Part shown: piece by piece, positions 26,009-35,700 of the stretch | How positions within the stretch are numbered: position 1 is the first letter of the stretch | How the letters are laid out: each line of letters begins with the position of its first letter | NCBI GenBank assembly: GCA_963779375.1 | Contig: CAVZXW010000013.1 | Location: forward strand, 273 to 64,272 | Direction: 5' to 3' | Source of the DNA: an uncultured Chloroflexia bacterium | GTDB taxonomy: Bacteria; Chloroflexota; Limnocylindria; Limnocylindrales; CSP1-4 | Length of the DNA: 64,000 nt | Program-made: the position numbers and the translations under genes | The notes under the pieces: model-generated | What the model saw: only the letters and a program-made list of their open reading frames with translations | What the model was told of the DNA's origin: nothing | Databases searched by the model: none

Positions 26009-26816
26009 TGCTCGCCGAACGACGCGTCACGCTGAAGTCACCCAGCCAGGTCGAGAAGATGCGACGGGCGGGGCGGCTGGTTGCGGACGTGCTCGATCGG
26101 ATGAGCGAGGAACTGCATCCGGGCATCACGACGGGCGAACTCGACCGGATCGCGGAGGAGATGATCCGGCGGGCCGGCGGGATCCCGTCGTTCCTCGGCG
26201 TGCCCGGCGCGGGCGGGCCTTACCGCCACACCATCTGCGTCTCGATCGACGACGAGGTCGTCCATGGCATCCCTGGTCGCCGGCGGATCGAGGCGGGCCA
26301 GGTCGTGTCGATCGACGCCGGCGCGATCATCGACGGCTGGCATGGCGACGCCGCCCGGACCTTCGTGGTCGGGGATGTGCCCCCGGAGACCCTGCGCCTC
26401 GTCGAGGAGACCCGCCGGGGCATGGACGAGGGCATCGCCGCCGCCCGCGCGGGGCGCAGCATCGGCGATATCGCCGCGGCGATCGAGGCCGTCGCGCTGG
26501 AACATCACTACGGCGTGCTCCGGGAGTACGGAGGCCACGGCATCGGCAACGAGATGCACGAGGATCCGTTCGTGCCCAACTACCGCGCCGCGGGACGGGG
26601 GCGAAGCTCGAGGTCGGGCTGTGCCTGGCCATCGAGCCGATGTTCACGCTCGGCGGCCCGGACGTCCAGTTGCTCGACGATGGCTGGACCGTGGCCACCG
26701 TGGACGGCAGCCTGGCCGCGCACTGGGAGCACACCATCGCGATCCTGCCGGAAGGTCCCGAGATCCTGACGGTGAACGGTCGCGACGTCAGTTTGTCGGG
26801 AGGGGCGGGCGTCTGA
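26005..26816 (+). CDS. map: Methionine aminopeptidase type I (one frameshift near ~26600 in this sequence)
   Basis: ATG 26005 overlaps the adk stop. Motifs: GITTGELD, FLGVPG, VHGIPG, VSIDAG, DAARTF, GHGIG. After ~26600 the frame of ORF 25962..26816 carries KLEVGLCLAIEPMF...AHWEHTIAI. Confidence 0.93.
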
Positions 26817-26822
26817 TACACT
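26793..26822 (+). promoter_or_regulatory. Candidate internal promoter for infA (TTGTCG, 18 nt, TGaTACACT extended -10)
   Basis: ttgtcg at 26793-26798, tg at 26814-26815 and tacact at 26817-26822. It overlaps the 3' end of map. Confidence 0.3.
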
Positions 26823-26894
26823 CAGCGTTCGTGTGCCGCGTCCGTGTGATGCGGTGCCCGCCGATCACCAGCAAGAGGGGAACGTTGGTCGCCT

Positions 26895-27113
26895 GTGGCT
26901 AAGAAGGACGCCATCGAAGTGGAGGGTACGGTCATCGAGCCGTTGCCCAACACGATGTTCGCCGTCGAACTCGAGAACGGACATCGCGTCCTCGCCCACA
27001 TCAGCGGCAAGCTGCGGATGAACTTCATCCGCATCCTCCCCGGCGACCGGGTCCGCGTCGAGCTGTCGCCGTACGACCTCTCACGTGGACGCATCACGTA
27101 TCGACTCAAGTAG
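26895..27113 (+). CDS. infA: Translation initiation factor IF-1
   Basis: 72 aa: [69 protein letters not shown]. Confidence 0.97.
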   Translation: MAKKDAIEVEGTVIEPLPNTMFAVELENGHRVLAHISGKLRMNFIRILPGDRVRVELSPYDLSRGRITYRLK

Positions 27114-27129
27114 GGCAGGTAAGGCAACG

Positions 27130-27243
27130 GTGAAGGTCCGAGCGTCGGTAAAGACGCGCTGCGAGCGCTGCAAGATCATCCGCCGGCACGGCACGGTGAT
27201 GGTCCTGTGCACCAATCCCAAGCACAAGCAGCGTCAGGGTTAG
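27130..27243 (+). CDS. rpmJ: 50S ribosomal protein L36 (Cys-containing form)
   Basis: Own translation, too short for the ORF track. GTG 27130: [37 protein letters not shown], ending at TAG 27241-27243. Confidence 0.9.
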   Translation: MKVRASVKTRCERCKIIRRHGTVMVLCTNPKHKQRQG

Positions 27244-27250
27244 GAGCAGC

Positions 27251-27622
27251 ATGGCACGTATCTCCGGCGTCGATCTCCCGCGCGAGAAGCGCGTGGAGGT
27301 GGCCCTGACGTACATCTACGGGCTCGGCCTCCCCACGAGCCAGACCATCCTCACGCAGGCGAACGTCAACGCCGATACGCGCGTGCGGGACCTGACCGAG
27401 GAGCAGGTCAACCGGCTCCGCGACATCATCGACCGCCGCTACAAGGTCGAAGGCGACCTGCGGCGGGAGGTGGCGCTCAACATCAAGCGCCTCCAGGAGA
27501 TCGGCTCCTATCGGGGCCTGCGGCACCGCCGCAACCTGCCCGTGCGCGGGCAGCGGACGAAGACCAACGCACGGCAGCGTCGCGGTCCCAAGCGGACCGT
27601 CGGCGTGCGCCGCAAGAAGTAG
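27251..27622 (+). CDS. rpsM: 30S ribosomal protein S13
   Basis: 123-aa ORF. Motifs: [47 protein letters not shown]. Confidence 0.97.
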   Translation: MARISGVDLPREKRVEVALTYIYGLGLPTSQTILTQANVNADTRVRDLTEEQVNRLRDIIDRRYKVEGDLRREVALNIKRLQEIGSYRGLRHRRNLPVRGQRTKTNARQRRGPKRTVGVRRKK

Positions 27623-27658
27623 CAGCCACCGGAACGTAGCAGCAGGTAGTACCGACGC

Positions 27659-28054
27659 ATGGCGGATCGAAAGCGCGCCACGAAGACCCGACGGCGCGAA
27701 CGCAAGAACGTGCCGACCGGGCACGTGCACATCCAGGCCTCCTTCAACAACACGATCGTCACGATCACGGATCCCGCGGGCGCGACGGTCGCGTGGGGAA
27801 GCGCCGGCCTGGCGGGGTTCAAGGGCTCCCGCAAGAGCACCCCGTACGCCGCCGCGCTCAGCGCCGATGGCGCGGCACGGCGCGCGATGGAGCACGGCAT
27901 GCGCCAGGTCGAGGTCTTTGTGAAAGGCCCCGGTGCCGGGCGCGAGCAGGCCATCCGGTCCCTGCAGGCTGCGGGCCTGGAGGTGACGGCCATCACCGAC
28001 GTGACGCCCATCCCGCACAACGGCTGCCGCCCGCCGAAGCGGCGCCGGGTCTGA
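27659..28054 (+). CDS. rpsK: 30S ribosomal protein S11
   Basis: 131-aa ORF. Motifs: [50 protein letters not shown]. Confidence 0.97.
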   Translation: MADRKRATKTRRRERKNVPTGHVHIQASFNNTIVTITDPAGATVAWGSAGLAGFKGSRKSTPYAAALSADGAARRAMEHGMRQVEVFVKGPGAGREQAIRSLQAAGLEVTAITDVTPIPHNGCRPPKRRRV

Positions 28055-28070
28055 GCAGGAGCGCGAGCGC

Positions 28071-28697
28071 ATGGCCCGTTACCACAATTCCGTCTGCCGG
28101 CTCTGCCGCCGGGAGGGCACGAAGCTCTTCCTCAAGGGCACCCGCTGCTACACCAAGAAGTGCGCCGTCGAACGGCGTCCCAGCCCGCCCGGACAGCACG
28201 GCGTCCGGCGCCGCAAGATGTCGGACTACGGGACGCACCTGCGGGAGAAGCAGAAGTTCCGCAGGGTCTACTCCGTGATGGAGCGCCAGTTCAAGGAGTA
28301 CTTCGCGGTCGCCCGCTCGCGGCCGGGAGTCACCGGCGAGAACCTGCTGCGGCTCCTCGAGCTGCGGCTGGACAACGCCGTGTACCGCATGGGCTTCGCG
28401 AGCAGCCGGCCCATGGCGCGCCAGCTCGTCAACCACGGGCACTTCTCGGTCAACGGCGTGCCCACCGACATCCCGTCGTACCAGCTCCGCCCGGGTGACC
28501 GGGTCGAGGTGCTGGAGGGCAGCCGCTCCCTGGATCCGTTCAAGAACGCGCGCTCGCAGATGGGCGCCGCGCCGCGGCCGGAGTGGCTGGCGGTGGACCC
28601 CGAGCGGCTCAGCGGCAGCATTGCCGCGATGCCGCGCCGCGACCAGATGCCGCTCGAACTCAACGAGCAGCTCGTGGTCGAGTACTACTCGAGGTAG
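28071..28697 (+). CDS. rpsD: 30S ribosomal protein S4
   Basis: 208-aa ORF. Motifs: CRLCRREGTKLFLKGTRC, LREKQK, RLDNAVYRMGFASSR, ARQLVNHGHF. Confidence 0.96.
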   Translation: MARYHNSVCRLCRREGTKLFLKGTRCYTKKCAVERRPSPPGQHGVRRRKMSDYGTHLREKQKFRRVYSVMERQFKEYFAVARSRPGVTGENLLRLLELRLDNAVYRMGFASSRPMARQLVNHGHFSVNGVPTDIPSYQLRPGDRVEVLEGSRSLDPFKNARSQMGAAPRPEWLAVDPERLSGSIAAMPRRDQMPLELNEQLVVEYYSR

Positions 28698-28707
28698 GTC
28701 GCCCTAG

Positions 28708-29757
28708 ATGATGCAACTGGAGACCCCCCAGATCGAGTCGATCGAGCAGCTGGGGTCGTCGTATGCCAAGTTCGAGGCCGGTCCGCTGCCGGCCGGCTAC
28801 GGCGTCACGCTCGGGAACGCGCTGCGCCGCGTGCTGCTCTCGTCGCTCGAGGGCGCAGCCGTCACCGCGATCCAGATCCGTGACGTCTACCACGAGTTCA
28901 GCACGATCCCCGGCGTCAAGGAAGACGTCACCCAGATCGTCCTGAACGTCAAGAAGCTGCGGCTCAAGACGTACTCGCCCGACCACCCGGTCCAGCTGAA
29001 GCTGGCGAAGACCGGGGCAGGCGAAGTGACCGCCGCGGACATCACGCCCTCCGCCGAGGTCGAGATCATCAACCCCGAGCTCCATCTCATGACGCTCGAC
29101 TCGGGCGACGTCACGGTGGAGGTCGACCTGACGGTCGAGTCCGGGATCGGATACCTGGGCGCGGAGCGGACGGAACCGCTGCCTATCGGCGTCATCCCGG
29201 TCGACGCGATCTTCTCGCCCGTTCGCCGGGTCAACTACACCGTGGAGCCGGTCCGCGTCGGCCAGATGACCAACTACGACAAGCTCACGATGGAGATCGA
29301 GACCGACGGGTCGATCTCGCCAGAGGAGTCGCTGTCGATGGCGGCCGACATCCTCGTCCGGCACTTCAGCCTCTTCACCGCCACGGGCAAGCAGGTGGGT
29401 GCCGGCGCCGCCGGCGGCGTTCAGACACCGCAGCTCCCGGCGAACATGCTCGAGATGCCGATCGAGGAGCTGGACCTGCCGATGCGGGCCTACAACTCGC
29501 TGAAGCGGAACAACATCGTCAAGGTCGGCCAGCTCCTGCAGCTCTCGGACGACGACCTGCTGCGGATGCGGAACTTCGGCAAGAAGTCGCTCGACGAGAT
29601 GAAGGAGCGGCTCCGGATGCGCGGCTTCACGCTCCCCGACGACGAGACGGGCGAGGCGGCCGGCGCCGACGACGAGCTCCCCGAGGACGAGGACGCGCTC
29701 GACGAGCTCGAGGCCGAAGACGGCGATGAGATCCTGCCGTCCGACACGGAGGCCTGA
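28708..29757 (+). CDS. rpoA: DNA-directed RNA polymerase subunit alpha (acidic C-terminal tail)
   Basis: 349-aa ORF. Motifs: GYGVTLGNALRRVLLSS, IPVDAIFSPV, LDLPMRAYNSLKRNNI, FGKKSLDEM. Confidence 0.97.
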   Translation: MMQLETPQIESIEQLGSSYAKFEAGPLPAGYGVTLGNALRRVLLSSLEGAAVTAIQIRDVYHEFSTIPGVKEDVTQIVLNVKKLRLKTYSPDHPVQLKLAKTGAGEVTAADITPSAEVEIINPELHLMTLDSGDVTVEVDLTVESGIGYLGAERTEPLPIGVIPVDAIFSPVRRVNYTVEPVRVGQMTNYDKLTMEIETDGSISPEESLSMAADILVRHFSLFTATGKQVGAGAAGGVQTPQLPANMLEMPIEELDLPMRAYNSLKRNNIVKVGQLLQLSDDDLLRMRNFGKKSLDEMKERLRMRGFTLPDDETGEAAGADDELPEDEDALDELEAEDGDEILPSDTEA

Positions 29758-29760
29758 CCG

Positions 29761-30114
29761 ATGGCTCACCGGATCGACGGCAGGAAGCTCAGCCGCAAGC
29801 ACGGACCTCGCATGGCCCTGTACCGCAACCTGGTCGTCTCGATCCTGCGGTACGAGCAGGTCCGCACGACCGAGGCGAAGGCCAAGGAAGTGCGCGGGCA
29901 GGTGGAACAGATGATCACCCTCGCCCGCGACGGCTCGCTCACGGCCCGCCGCCGCGTGATCGCCAAGCTGCCCGACGAGCCGCTCGTAATCGACAAGCTC
30001 TTCAACGAGATCGCGCCGAAGTACGCCGACCGGACGTCGGGTTTCACGCGGATCGTCCGTCTCGGCCAGCGGGCCGGCGACGCCGCGCCGATCGTCCAGA
30101 TCGAGCTCGTCTGA
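29761..30114 (+). CDS. rplQ: 50S ribosomal protein L17
   Basis: 117-aa ORF. Motifs: RKLSRKHGPRMALYRNL, IRTTEAKAKEVR, GFTRIVRLGQRAGDAAP. Confidence 0.95.
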   Translation: MAHRIDGRKLSRKHGPRMALYRNLVVSILRYEQVRTTEAKAKEVRGQVEQMITLARDGSLTARRRVIAKLPDEPLVIDKLFNEIAPKYADRTSGFTRIVRLGQRAGDAAPIVQIELV

Positions 30115-30129
30115 GGCGCCGATGATCAC

Positions 30130-30149
30130 GACCGGCCGCAAGGCCGGTC
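30130..30149 (+). terminator. 8-bp stem / GCAA tetraloop hairpin after rplQ (attenuator or terminator)
   Basis: gaccggcc-gcaa-ggccggtc, 16 nt after the rplQ stop. A second small hairpin, cgccc-gaga-gggcg, follows. Confidence 0.4.
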
Positions 30150-30176
30150 CCGACGACCGCCCGAGAGGGCGGCCCC

Positions 30177-30950
30177 GTGCGCTACCGGGCACGGGTCGAA
30201 TACGACGGGACGGAGTTCGACGGGTTCCAGGCACAACCTGGCCGGCGCACCGTCCAGGGAGAGCTGGAGGCAGCCCTCTCGCGTCTCTCCGACACGCGGG
30301 GAGTGCGCGTGGTGGCCGCCGGACGGACCGACGCCGGAGTGCATGCGGCGGGGCAGGTGATCGCGTTCACCTATCCCGGGCGGCTCCCGGCAGGAGAGCT
30401 CGAGCGAGCGCTCGCGGCGATCCTCCCGGCCGACATCGGGGTGCACGGCCTTCGCCGGGCCTCCCCGGGCTTCCACCCTCGCTACGCGGCGCGGTACCGG
30501 GAATACCGCTACACCGTCTGGAACGGGCCGCGGAGTCCGCTCCGCGAGCGTCACGCGCTCGGGGTGCGGGTCCTACTGGACGTCGCGGCGATGACCGAGG
30601 CGGCGTCGGTCCTGGTGGGCCGGCACGATTTCTCGGCCTTCGGTGCGGCAGATCGACAACCGATCCGGACCATTCACTGGATCCGGGTCCGCAGGACGGG
30701 ACACGAGGTGACGATCGACGTCGCAGCGGATGCCTTCCTGCGCCAGATGGTGCGAAGCATCGTGGCGGCACTCCTCCGCGCGGGGCGCGGGGAGATCGCC
30801 GGCGGCGAGATCGCCGAGGCCCTCGGGTCCGGCGGACGAGCCTTCCACGGTGCGGTGGCGCCGCCACACGGGCTGTGTCTCCGGCGTGTCGTATACGATG
30901 GGCCGGCTCGACGGACGGAGAAGGATGACGACGAAGACGTTTACGCCTAG
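30177..30950 (+). CDS. truA: tRNA pseudouridine(38-40) synthase TruA
   Basis: 257-aa ORF. Motifs: YDGTEFDGFQ, GRTDAGVHA, YRYTV, FLRQMVRSIV. Confidence 0.92.
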   Translation: MRYRARVEYDGTEFDGFQAQPGRRTVQGELEAALSRLSDTRGVRVVAAGRTDAGVHAAGQVIAFTYPGRLPAGELERALAAILPADIGVHGLRRASPGFHPRYAARYREYRYTVWNGPRSPLRERHALGVRVLLDVAAMTEAASVLVGRHDFSAFGAADRQPIRTIHWIRVRRTGHEVTIDVAADAFLRQMVRSIVAALLRAGRGEIAGGEIAEALGSGGRAFHGAVAPPHGLCLRRVVYDGPARRTEKDDDEDVYA

Positions 30951-31356
30951 CGAGGAGGGGATCGAGCGCCACTGGTTCGTGGTCGACGCGACCGACCAGA
31001 CGCTCGGCCGCCTGGCGTCGCGCGTGGCGCGCGTCCTCGAGGGCAAGCACAAGCCGACGTACGCGACGCACATCGACACCGGCGACCACGTGATCATCGT
31101 GAACGCCCGCCGGATCGCGGTCACGCGCGACAAGCGCGAGTCGAAGGTGTACTCGCGCCACAGCGGGTATCCCAACGGGCTCCGCCAGGAGACGCTCGGC
31201 GAGCTCCTGGACCGCCGTCCCGAGGAAGTGATCCGCCGCGCCATCAAGGGGATGCTCCCCCGCAACCGGCTGGGCGCACAGCAGCTGCGCAAGCTCAAGG
31301 TGTACGCGGGCGCCGAGCATCCGCACGAGGCGCAGCGACCCGAGCCGCTGGCCTGA
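30925..31356 (+). CDS. rplM: 50S ribosomal protein L13
   Basis: ATG 30925 in the frame of ORF 30730..31356; it overlaps the truA 3' end. Motifs: [44 protein letters not shown]. Confidence 0.95.
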   Translation: MTTKTFTPSEEGIERHWFVVDATDQTLGRLASRVARVLEGKHKPTYATHIDTGDHVIIVNARRIAVTRDKRESKVYSRHSGYPNGLRQETLGELLDRRPEEVIRRAIKGMLPRNRLGAQQLRKLKVYAGAEHPHEAQRPEPLA

Positions 31357-31373
31357 ACGGAGATCGCGACAGC

Positions 31374-31775
31374 ATGAGCACCAACGCCGCCTTCTACTAC
31401 GGGACCGGTCGCCGCAAGACCAGTGTCGCCCGCGTCCGCCTGATCCCCGGCGAGGGCGAGGTCGTGGTCAACGGCCGCTCGCTGGACGAGCACTTCGGCA
31501 ACGCCATCAACCAGTCCGAGATCCTGATGCCGTTCCGCGTCACCGGGACCGAGGGGCACTACAACGCGATGGTCAAGGTGGAGGGTGGCGGCTACCAGGG
31601 ACAGGCGGGCGCCATCCGTCACGGGATCGCGCGCGCCCTGCTGCAGTCGGACCCCGAGTCGACGCGCGTCCCGCTCCGCCAGGCCGGCCTCCTGACCCGC
31701 GACCCGCGGATGAAGGAGCGCAAGAAGTACGGCCTCAAGCGGGCCCGCAAGGCGCCGCAGTACACCAAGCGCTAG
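31374..31775 (+). CDS. rpsI: 30S ribosomal protein S9
   Basis: 133-aa ORF. Motifs: [60 protein letters not shown]. Confidence 0.97.
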   Translation: MSTNAAFYYGTGRRKTSVARVRLIPGEGEVVVNGRSLDEHFGNAINQSEILMPFRVTGTEGHYNAMVKVEGGGYQGQAGAIRHGIARALLQSDPESTRVPLRQAGLLTRDPRMKERKKYGLKRARKAPQYTKR

Positions 31776-31846
31776 GCGCAAGCCTGGGGACCACCCCCGG
31801 ACGGTCAATCTCCGCAGGCGGCCCCGTCGGGCCGGTCGAACCCGCC

Positions 31847-31872
31847 CGGCCCGGCCGTCGCGGGCGACGGCC
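31847..31872 (+). terminator. GC hairpin downstream of rpsI (approximate coordinates)
   Basis: ccggccgtcgc-gg-gcgacggccgg, effectively a 10-bp stem with a 4-nt loop, about 75 nt after the rpsI stop. Confidence 0.4.
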
Positions 31873-31943
31873 GGCCACGGCCGCTCACCGTGCCGGCGCG
31901 CCCGTGGCGTGCAGCCGCCGCCACGCTGTGCGACGCTGAGCGC

Positions 31944-33443
31944 ATGCCGGACCCGATCTTCGAACGGTACAAGGAGGCGCTGCGTGCGGGGCACGTGTCG
32001 GCCCTCCGCGGCCGGCCGGACGACGCCCTGCTGCAGTACCGCTCCGCGGCCGCCATCGCACCGGACCGCGCCCTTCCCCACGTGGGCATGGCCGAGGTCC
32101 TCCTGAGGATCGGGCGACCGGACGAGGCGCTGGCCGCGTGCACCGTCGCCCTCCGGCTGGCCCCCCATGACGAATCGGTGCTCGAGCTGGCCGCGCGCGT
32201 CCACGAGACCGCGGGCCGGGGCGCCGACGCGTCGATCCACCTCGACCGCATCGTCGACCTGCGGGAAAAGCAGGGACGTTCCGGTGACGCGCTCGCGGCC
32301 GCCGCGCGCTCGCACGCGGCCGATCCCACGGATGCGAGGCGGAATCGCCTGGCGGCATTGACGGCCGTCGTCGAGGCGGAGCGCGCCCGGCTGTCGAACC
32401 CGGCGTGGGCGCCGGAGGGGGCCGAGCGGCCCGGAACCGCGAGTGACGCAGGCGTCGTCGCGGAGGTCGCGTCGCCGCCAGCCGGTGCGGCGGCAGCGGC
32501 CGCCGGCACGTCGGCCCAGAGCGCAGCGGCCGCGGGTACACCGGCCGGAGGCCCTCGCCGAGCCGAAGGCGATCGGCGGGTTCCGGGCGGGCGGGATGTC
32601 GCGCGCGTGGAGGCACGCACGGAATTCCCCGTGGACGCTCCCGCGCCGGAAGCCCGCGTGGAGGCGCCCGCGCACTCCCGCGCGGAAGCACCCGTGGACG
32701 GTCCGGCGCCGGAGGCCCTGGAGCTTCCCGACGCATCCGGCGGGACGCCGGCCGGGCCGGTCGAGGGTGATGCCGTCGTCGAGGTCGTCGAGGTCGTCGA
32801 GGAGCCCGTCCACCCGGACGACGCCGGCCCCGTGGCCGCAGGCAACGCATCGCCATATGCGGACGAACTGCAGGCCGGGACGGGGTCCCTCGTGCGCGCC
32901 ACGGCTCCGCTGGACGGCGACGTGGAAGCGGGCGGGCCGTCCCTCGTCGAATCGGGCGTCGAGGCGGCGCCCGTTGCCGCCGGACTCCACGAGCTTCCGG
33001 CGGAGGCACCGGTCCCGTCGCCGGTGGCGGATCCGGGCGCGCTCTTCGTCGCGGCCGAGGAGCAGGCCGCCGCCGGGGACCCGGCGGGCGCGGCCGCGCT
33101 GTACGTGGAGGCAGCCGGCGTGTACCTCGGCATGGGAGCCGTCGACACGGCGGTGGACGCCTGCCTGCGGGCCCTGTCGGGTGCTCCCGCCGACACCGAC
33201 GTGCACCTGGCGCTGGCGCGGATCGACCTCGCCACCGGTCACGACGTTCGAGCGGCCGACAGGCTCGATCTCCTTGGCCGGCTTCTCTCGCTCGAGGGAG
33301 ACGAGGCCGGGGTCGCACGCGTGACGGCGTTCCGGGCAGGCGCTGGCGCTGTGCGGGAGCGCGACGGCTCGACGCCCGGCGCGTCCGCGCCACCGCGGGC
33401 GTCCGGCCGCGCCGTACCCCCGCGGACGCACCGCCAGGCGTGA
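31944..33443 (+). CDS. TPR-like repeat protein with a long low-complexity (Ala/Pro/Glu/Val) central linker
   Basis: Frame of ORF 31890..33443; ATG 31944 gives MPDPIFERYKEAL. There are helical TPR-like pairs at both ends (DDALLQYRSAAAIAPDRALPHVGMAEVLLRIGRPDEALAACTVALRLAP; AAALYVEAAGVYLGMGAVDTAVDACLRAL). The middle ~250 aa look disordered and include VVEVVEVVEEP. Family-level call only. Confidence 0.55.
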   Translation: MPDPIFERYKEALRAGHVSALRGRPDDALLQYRSAAAIAPDRALPHVGMAEVLLRIGRPDEALAACTVALRLAPHDESVLELAARVHETAGRGADASIHLDRIVDLREKQGRSGDALAAAARSHAADPTDARRNRLAALTAVVEAERARLSNPAWAPEGAERPGTASDAGVVAEVASPPAGAAAAAAGTSAQSAAAAGTPAGGPRRAEGDRRVPGGRDVARVEARTEFPVDAPAPEARVEAPAHSRAEAPVDGPAPEALELPDASGGTPAGPVEGDAVVEVVEVVEEPVHPDDAGPVAAGNASPYADELQAGTGSLVRATAPLDGDVEAGGPSLVESGVEAAPVAAGLHELPAEAPVPSPVADPGALFVAAEEQAAAGDPAGAAALYVEAAGVYLGMGAVDTAVDACLRALSGAPADTDVHLALARIDLATGHDVRAADRLDLLGRLLSLEGDEAGVARVTAFRAGAGAVRERDGSTPGASAPPRASGRAVPPRTHRQA

Positions 33444-33500
33444 CGCGCGGCGGCCGCCTGAGGTCGGGCGACGGGGGGCCGCTGCTACACTTCAACGGCT

Positions 33501-34442
33501 ATGCAGTTCGTCGACCTGCTCTCGGGCATCCAGCCGAAGCCGACGACGTTCATCGACATCGGCCTGACCGCCCTGCTGATCTACGGCCTGTTCAGCCTGA
33601 TCCGTGACACGCGGGCCGTCAGGCTCGTCATCGGCGTCACGCTGCTGTACGGCGTCTACGTGCTGGCCCAGCTGCTCGGGCTCCAGCTCCTCTCGCAGAT
33701 CCTCCAGGCGGGCGCCGTCGTCGGACTCTTCGCGCTCGTCGTGGTCTTCCAGCCGGAGCTGCGCCGCGCGCTCGAGCGGCTCGGGCACGTGGGCTCGCTG
33801 GGCTGGATGCTCGCGCCCGGCCAGCAGGGGGCCATCGACCGTGTCGCCGCGGAGGTGGCGCGGGCCGCGACCGGGTTCGCGGGCGACCGGCACGGGGCGC
33901 TCATCGTCCTGGAACGCGAGACCGGGCTCGAGGACTTCGGCGAGACCGGCGTCATGATGCACGCGGACCTGTCGGCCGAGCTGCTGCGCACGATCTTCAT
34001 GCCGCGTTCGCCGCTCCACGATGGTGCCGCCATCATCCGGGGCGACCAGATCCTCGCGGCCGGCGCGGTGCTGCCACTGGCCGAGAGCGGGCCGGGCGGC
34101 CAGCGGTACGGCACCCGCCACCGCGCGGCGTTCGGGATCACGGAGGAGACGGACGCGCTCGTGGTCGTCGTCAGCGAGGAGACGGGCTCCATCGGTCTCG
34201 TCGAGCGCGGGCGCATCGTCCGGGACCTCGACGAGGAGCAGCTGCGCGTCGCGCTCCTGACGCTGCTCCGGCTCGACGCATCGCTCCGGACCGGGTTCGG
34301 GGAACGCCGCCACGCGACCCCGCCGCTCCGCCACGTGGGTCGCGCCTGGCCACATCCCGGGCTTCCGCACCGACCACGGCGCGGCGGCCCGCCCGGGACG
34401 GCCGCAGGCACGGTCTCAGCGGGGCGGGTCGACCGCACGTGA
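33501..34442 (+). CDS. cdaA: Diadenylate cyclase CdaA (membrane-anchored DisA_N/DAC domain)
   Basis: Three N-terminal TM helices followed by the DAC motifs: GALIVLERETGL, LHDGAAIIRGDQI, GTRHRAAFGITEETDALVVVVSEETG. Confidence 0.9.
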   Translation: MQFVDLLSGIQPKPTTFIDIGLTALLIYGLFSLIRDTRAVRLVIGVTLLYGVYVLAQLLGLQLLSQILQAGAVVGLFALVVVFQPELRRALERLGHVGSLGWMLAPGQQGAIDRVAAEVARAATGFAGDRHGALIVLERETGLEDFGETGVMMHADLSAELLRTIFMPRSPLHDGAAIIRGDQILAAGAVLPLAESGPGGQRYGTRHRAAFGITEETDALVVVVSEETGSIGLVERGRIVRDLDEEQLRVALLTLLRLDASLRTGFGERRHATPPLRHVGRAWPHPGLPHRPRRGGPPGTAAGTVSAGRVDRT

Positions 34443-35698
34443 GGCTGCGCCGGATCCTCCACATCCTGGTCCGGAACTGGCCGCTGCGACTGGGGGCGAT
34501 CGCGCTCGCGATCGTGCTGTACCTGGGCCTGGTGATCTCCCAGAACGCGCGGACGTGGACCGGGCCCGTCTCCATCGACGCCGTGGACCAGCCCGCCGGG
34601 ACGTTCCTGCTCGCCGGCCTCGGGAACGTGACCACCATCGAGTACATCGCCCCGCTCGACGTCGCCGCGCAGGTGACGAGCGCATCGTTCGTCGCGACGG
34701 CCGACCTGACCGGCGTGGGCAGCCAGCCCAACGGATCGCCGGTCAACGTGCCCGTGCGGGTGGTCGCCCGCGACCAGCGCATCCAGATCGTGAGCTGGGA
34801 GCCGGCCACCGTCGTGGCGCGGCTCGACCCCGTCGTCAGCCAGCAGGTGCCGGTGCGGGTCGACCGCGGGTCCGTCCCGTCCGGGCTCACCGCGGGCCAG
34901 CCCGCGGTCGCGCCGACCTCCGTCACGGTGACGGGAGCCAGCTCGCTCGTCTCGCAGGTCGCCTCGGCCCTCGCGCGCGTCACGATCGATCCCGGCGGGG
35001 CGAACGTGGACACGAACGTCGATCTCGTGGCGGTCGACGGCCGCGGGCAGGTGGTCTCGCCGGTCACGATCCAGCCGTCCAGCGTCCACGTGACGATCGC
35101 CGTGGGAGAGCAGCAGGTGAACCGGACGCTCCCCGTCGTCCCCAACATCACGGGCACCCTCGCCCAGGGGTACTCGATCCAGGCTGTCACCGTCACACCC
35201 GTCACGGCCACCGTGAGCGGCTCGGGGACCTCCATCGCGGCCCTGACGAGCATCTCCACCGCGCCCGTCAGCGTCGCCGGCCGCACCACGGACCTGACCA
35301 CGACGGTCGCGCTGCAGCCGCCCAAGGGTGTCACCGTCCTCGGCGTGTCCAGGGTGCAGGTCCGCGTGCAGGTCACGGTCGAGACCGGGTCGCGCAGCTT
35401 CGGTGCGGGGGTCGTGCTCACCGGCACGCGCGCGGACCGCACGTACACGCTGTCCGTGCCCGACGTGCTCGTGACGCTGGGCGGGTCGAGCGCCTCGCTG
35501 GACGCCATCGACCCGGCGACCCTCTACGCGTCCGCCAGCGTGGCCGGTCTCGACACGGGCACGTTCTCGGTCACCGTCCGCTTCGGCGTGCCGGCCGGGA
35601 CGTCGCTTGTCGCGATCAGCCCGGCGTCCGTGCAGGTGACCGTGACGGCGCCACCCGCCACTCCATCGCCGAGCCCCACGCCGACACCGGGAGCCTGA
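34439..35698 (+). CDS. cdaR: CdaA regulator CdaR (YbbR-like repeat protein)
   Basis: GTG 34439 overlaps the cdaA stop. There is an N-terminal TM helix (NWPLRLGAIALAIVLYLGLVI). Repeated beta-rich YbbR-type modules follow (...VSWEPATVVARLDPVVSQQVPVRV..., ...VTPVTATVSGS...). The gene sits between cdaA and glmM. Confidence 0.75.
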   Translation: MRLRRILHILVRNWPLRLGAIALAIVLYLGLVISQNARTWTGPVSIDAVDQPAGTFLLAGLGNVTTIEYIAPLDVAAQVTSASFVATADLTGVGSQPNGSPVNVPVRVVARDQRIQIVSWEPATVVARLDPVVSQQVPVRVDRGSVPSGLTAGQPAVAPTSVTVTGASSLVSQVASALARVTIDPGGANVDTNVDLVAVDGRGQVVSPVTIQPSSVHVTIAVGEQQVNRTLPVVPNITGTLAQGYSIQAVTVTPVTATVSGSGTSIAALTSISTAPVSVAGRTTDLTTTVALQPPKGVTVLGVSRVQVRVQVTVETGSRSFGAGVVLTGTRADRTYTLSVPDVLVTLGGSSASLDAIDPATLYASASVAGLDTGTFSVTVRFGVPAGTSLVAISPASVQVTVTAPPATPSPSPTPTPGA

Positions 35699-35700
35699 CC

